Positions 62,079-64,000 of a DNA stretch of 64,000 nt are shown piece after piece. Position numbers and translations under genes: made by a program. Below the pieces are notes generated by a model. It saw only the letters and a program-made list of their open reading frames with translations, was not told the origin of the DNA and did not search any database. The stretch's first letter is position 1, and the number at the start of each line of letters is the position of its first letter. Origin of the DNA: an uncultured Gemmatimonadales bacterium (GTDB lineage: Bacteria; Gemmatimonadota; Gemmatimonadetes; Gemmatimonadales; Gemmatimonadaceae); contig CAWBZV010000005.1 of assembly GCA_963793305.1 (NCBI GenBank), positions 1,120,001 to 1,184,000 of the forward strand, written 5' to 3'.

Positions 62079-63413
62079 ATGCGACCGCGCCAGGCTCAGG
62101 CCGATCTCTTTCCGCTCGATAGCGCCGCGTTCAACGCTTCCTCGGCCGCGGCGGCCGCACTCGCCGCGCCGCCAGGCTCGACACCCGCGGCCGCGACGAC
62201 TGTTACGGCGCTGACGTATCTCGTGCGCGACGTACTGGAAGGTACCGTCCTCCCACTCTGGGTCCGGGGGGAAGTGTCCGATTTCAAGGCGAGCCGTAGC
62301 GGCCACTGGTACTTCACGCTCCGCGATGACTCGTCGCAGCTGCGCTGCGTTGTCTGGTCGCGCGAGGCCGTGCGCATTAAGACGCCGCCGGCCGATGGCC
62401 GCCAGGTCGCCGTGCGCGGCCAGCTGACGGTCTATCCCGCGCGCGGCGAGATGCAGTTCGCCGTCATGGACGTCGAGCTCCTCGGCGCCGGTGCGCGGCG
62501 CGCGGCCGTGGAGCGCACGTTGCGCGCGCTCGAAAAAGATGGCCTGCTCGATGACGCCCGAAAGCGTGCGCTCCCGCGCTGGCCTCGCCGTATCGCGGTC
62601 GTCACCAGCCCCAATGGCGCCGCCATCCGCGATGTGATCGCGGTGGTTGCGCGCAGGGCCCCATCGGTCGAGGTCGTCGTTGTCGCTGCTCGCGTTCAGG
62701 GCGCTGGCGCGCCGGACGCATTGTGCGCCGCACTGTCGACTGTCGCCCGTTGGGCGGACGCCGACACGGTCATCATCGGCCGGGGCGGTGGCGCCAAGGA
62801 CGATCTCTCGGCCTTCGACGACGAGCGCGTGGCTCGTGCGCTCGCCGCGTGTCCCATGCCGACGATTTCCGCGGTCGGTCATGAGATAGACCTGACCGTT
62901 TGTGACCTCGTTGCCGACCACCGCGCTCCGACACCGTCCGCTGCCGCAGAGGCAGCCGTACCCGCCGAGTCCGACCTCTCCGCTCGCCTCCACGCCGCGG
63001 GCACCGATCTCGCGGCGGCCGCGACGCGTCGCATACGCGAAGCTCACTCCGCTCTCACTCGCTCCGCCCGCCACGTCCACCGTTCCGCTTCGGTCTCGGT
63101 CGAACGCCGCGCTGCCCGCCTCTCGGCCGCCGCCGCCCGCGTTCAGGCCTTGAGCCCGCTCGCCACCCTCGCCCGCGGCTACGCCGTCGCCCGCGACATC
63201 GACGGCGGCCCGGCACTGACCAGCGCGGCCCAATTCGCGCCCGGCCGGCCGTTTGACCTCGTGCTAGTCGACGGCACCGTCCGTTCACGTGTCGACGGCC
63301 CTGTGCCCGCTCGCGTCGACGGTCCCGTGCCCGCTCGCGTCGCACCTGCCCCAGTCGACCCACTGCTCGCCGACGCGACGAGGGGCGCGAAGCGCCACGA
63401 GGAGGCGTCGTGA
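62079..63413 (+). CDS. xseA: Exodeoxyribonuclease VII large subunit
   Basis: WVRGEVS, SGHWYFTLRD, VTS..GAA, RGGG, SAVGHEID, TPSAAAE, LSPLATLARGY. Confidence 0.95.
   Translation: MRPRQAQADLFPLDSAAFNASSAAAAALAAPPGSTPAAATTVTALTYLVRDVLEGTVLPLWVRGEVSDFKASRSGHWYFTLRDDSSQLRCVVWSREAVRIKTPPADGRQVAVRGQLTVYPARGEMQFAVMDVELLGAGARRAAVERTLRALEKDGLLDDARKRALPRWPRRIAVVTSPNGAAIRDVIAVVARRAPSVEVVVVAARVQGAGAPDALCAALSTVARWADADTVIIGRGGGAKDDLSAFDDERVARALAACPMPTISAVGHEIDLTVCDLVADHRAPTPSAAAEAAVPAESDLSARLHAAGTDLAAAATRRIREAHSALTRSARHVHRSASVSVERRAARLSAAAARVQALSPLATLARGYAVARDIDGGPALTSAAQFAPGRPFDLVLVDGTVRSRVDGPVPARVDGPVPARVAPAPVDPLLADATRGAKRHEEAS
63267..63338 (+). repeat. Three tandem 24-bp units encoding VDGTVRSR-VDGPVPAR-VDGPVPAR in the xseA tail
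   Basis: Units start at 63267, 63291 and 63315; the last two differ at 2 synonymous positions. Confidence 0.8.
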
Positions 63414-63631
63414 GCTTCGAAGCCGATGTCGCGCGGTTGGAGACGATCGCCGCCGAGCTAGATGGCGGCGGCCAAGGCGTGTCGCTCGACCGCGCCCTCG
63501 AGCTCTTCGAAGAGGGCGTAGCCTGCCTGCGCCGCGCCTCGGCGGAGCTCGCGCGCGCCGAGTCCCGTGTGACGCAGCTCGTCGAGCAGGTCGACGGAAC
63601 GTTCACCTTGAAGCCTTTCCGCAATGAGTAA
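63410..63631 (+). CDS. xseB: Exodeoxyribonuclease VII small subunit
   Basis: SFE....LE.I...L, SLD..L..FEEG, L..AE.RV. Confidence 0.93.
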   Translation: MSFEADVARLETIAAELDGGGQGVSLDRALELFEEGVACLRRASAELARAESRVTQLVEQVDGTFTLKPFRNE

Positions 63632-64000
63632 CGCGGTCGGCGCATTGGATGACGTGTCATTCGGCGAAGACCGTCGCGCCATTCAATCGGCCTTGGCCAG
63701 CGTCTGCGCCGGCTATCTCGATGATCTCCCGCCGGTCGCGGCGGAGGCGATCCGTTATAGTTTGATGGGCGAGGGGAAGCGCATCCGCGCGATCCTCTTG
63801 CTGGCCGCCTATCGCGCGGCCGGTGGCCGCGGCGACGCCAGCGCGCTGGCGGCATTGGTCGAAGTCGTGCACGCCTACTCGCTCGTGCACGACGACCTGC
63901 CGTGCATGGACGATGACGATCTCCGCCGCGGCCGTCCCACGGTCCATCGCGTGTTTGGCGTGGCCGCCGCCACGGCCGCCGGCCTGGCAATGGTCCCACT
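63624..64000 (+). CDS. ispA: Polyprenyl (farnesyl/geranylgeranyl) diphosphate synthase, 3' truncated by window edge
   Basis: Manual translation from ATG 63624: [35 protein letters not shown]. Confidence 0.93.
   Translation, partial: MSNAVGALDDVSFGEDRRAIQSALASVCAGYLDDLPPVAAEAIRYSLMGEGKRIRAILLLAAYRAAGGRGDASALAALVEVVHAYSLVHDDLPCMDDDDLRRGRPTVHRVFGVAAATAAGLAMVP

Overview
High-GC bacterial chromosome segment. Ribosomal protein sequences (S21, L20, L35) and gene order suggest Gemmatimonadota; this is an inference, not a database result. 1-21.6 kb is a Wzx/Wzy-type capsule or surface-polysaccharide locus: priming transferase, epimerases, GT2/GT4/GT9/WecB glycosyltransferases, two methyltransferases, Wzi-like, lhgO-rfbC-SDR-rfbD, wzx, wzy, wzz, an SLBB export protein and a secreted beta-helix protein, with tRNA-Val(CAC) embedded. 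21.6-28.5 kb holds an OFA-family MFS plus a 32-aa partner, tRNA-Ile2(CAT), rfaE1, mlaEFD and an arylsulfotransferase lipoprotein. 28.5-64 kb is mostly housekeeping (obgE to hinT, rpsU to rsmA including a STAS/RsbW/PP2C module, rex, infC-rpmI-rplT-pheST, zapA-rny-folD-xseAB-ispA), with a small accessory islet at 48.9-51.7 kb (Phd/PIN TA pair, decayed AraC, two membrane ORFs). The strongest non-obvious signal is that 6 of 8 frameshifts in otherwise intact genes are the same lesion: a GACGTC palindrome appearing as GAACGTC or GACGTTC. Several conserved Asp codons in GAYG context also appear as Asn (AAYG). This is best explained as a read-error fingerprint of a sequence-specific DNA modification. 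Also seen: repeated leaderless TAnnnT promoters that reuse upstream stop codons, an L20-leader-like attenuator with an ATT-start infC, and a Rex box on the rex start codon. No CRISPR array, rRNA, transposase or intact integrase was found, and no clearly novel multi-gene system can be proven from sequence alone.
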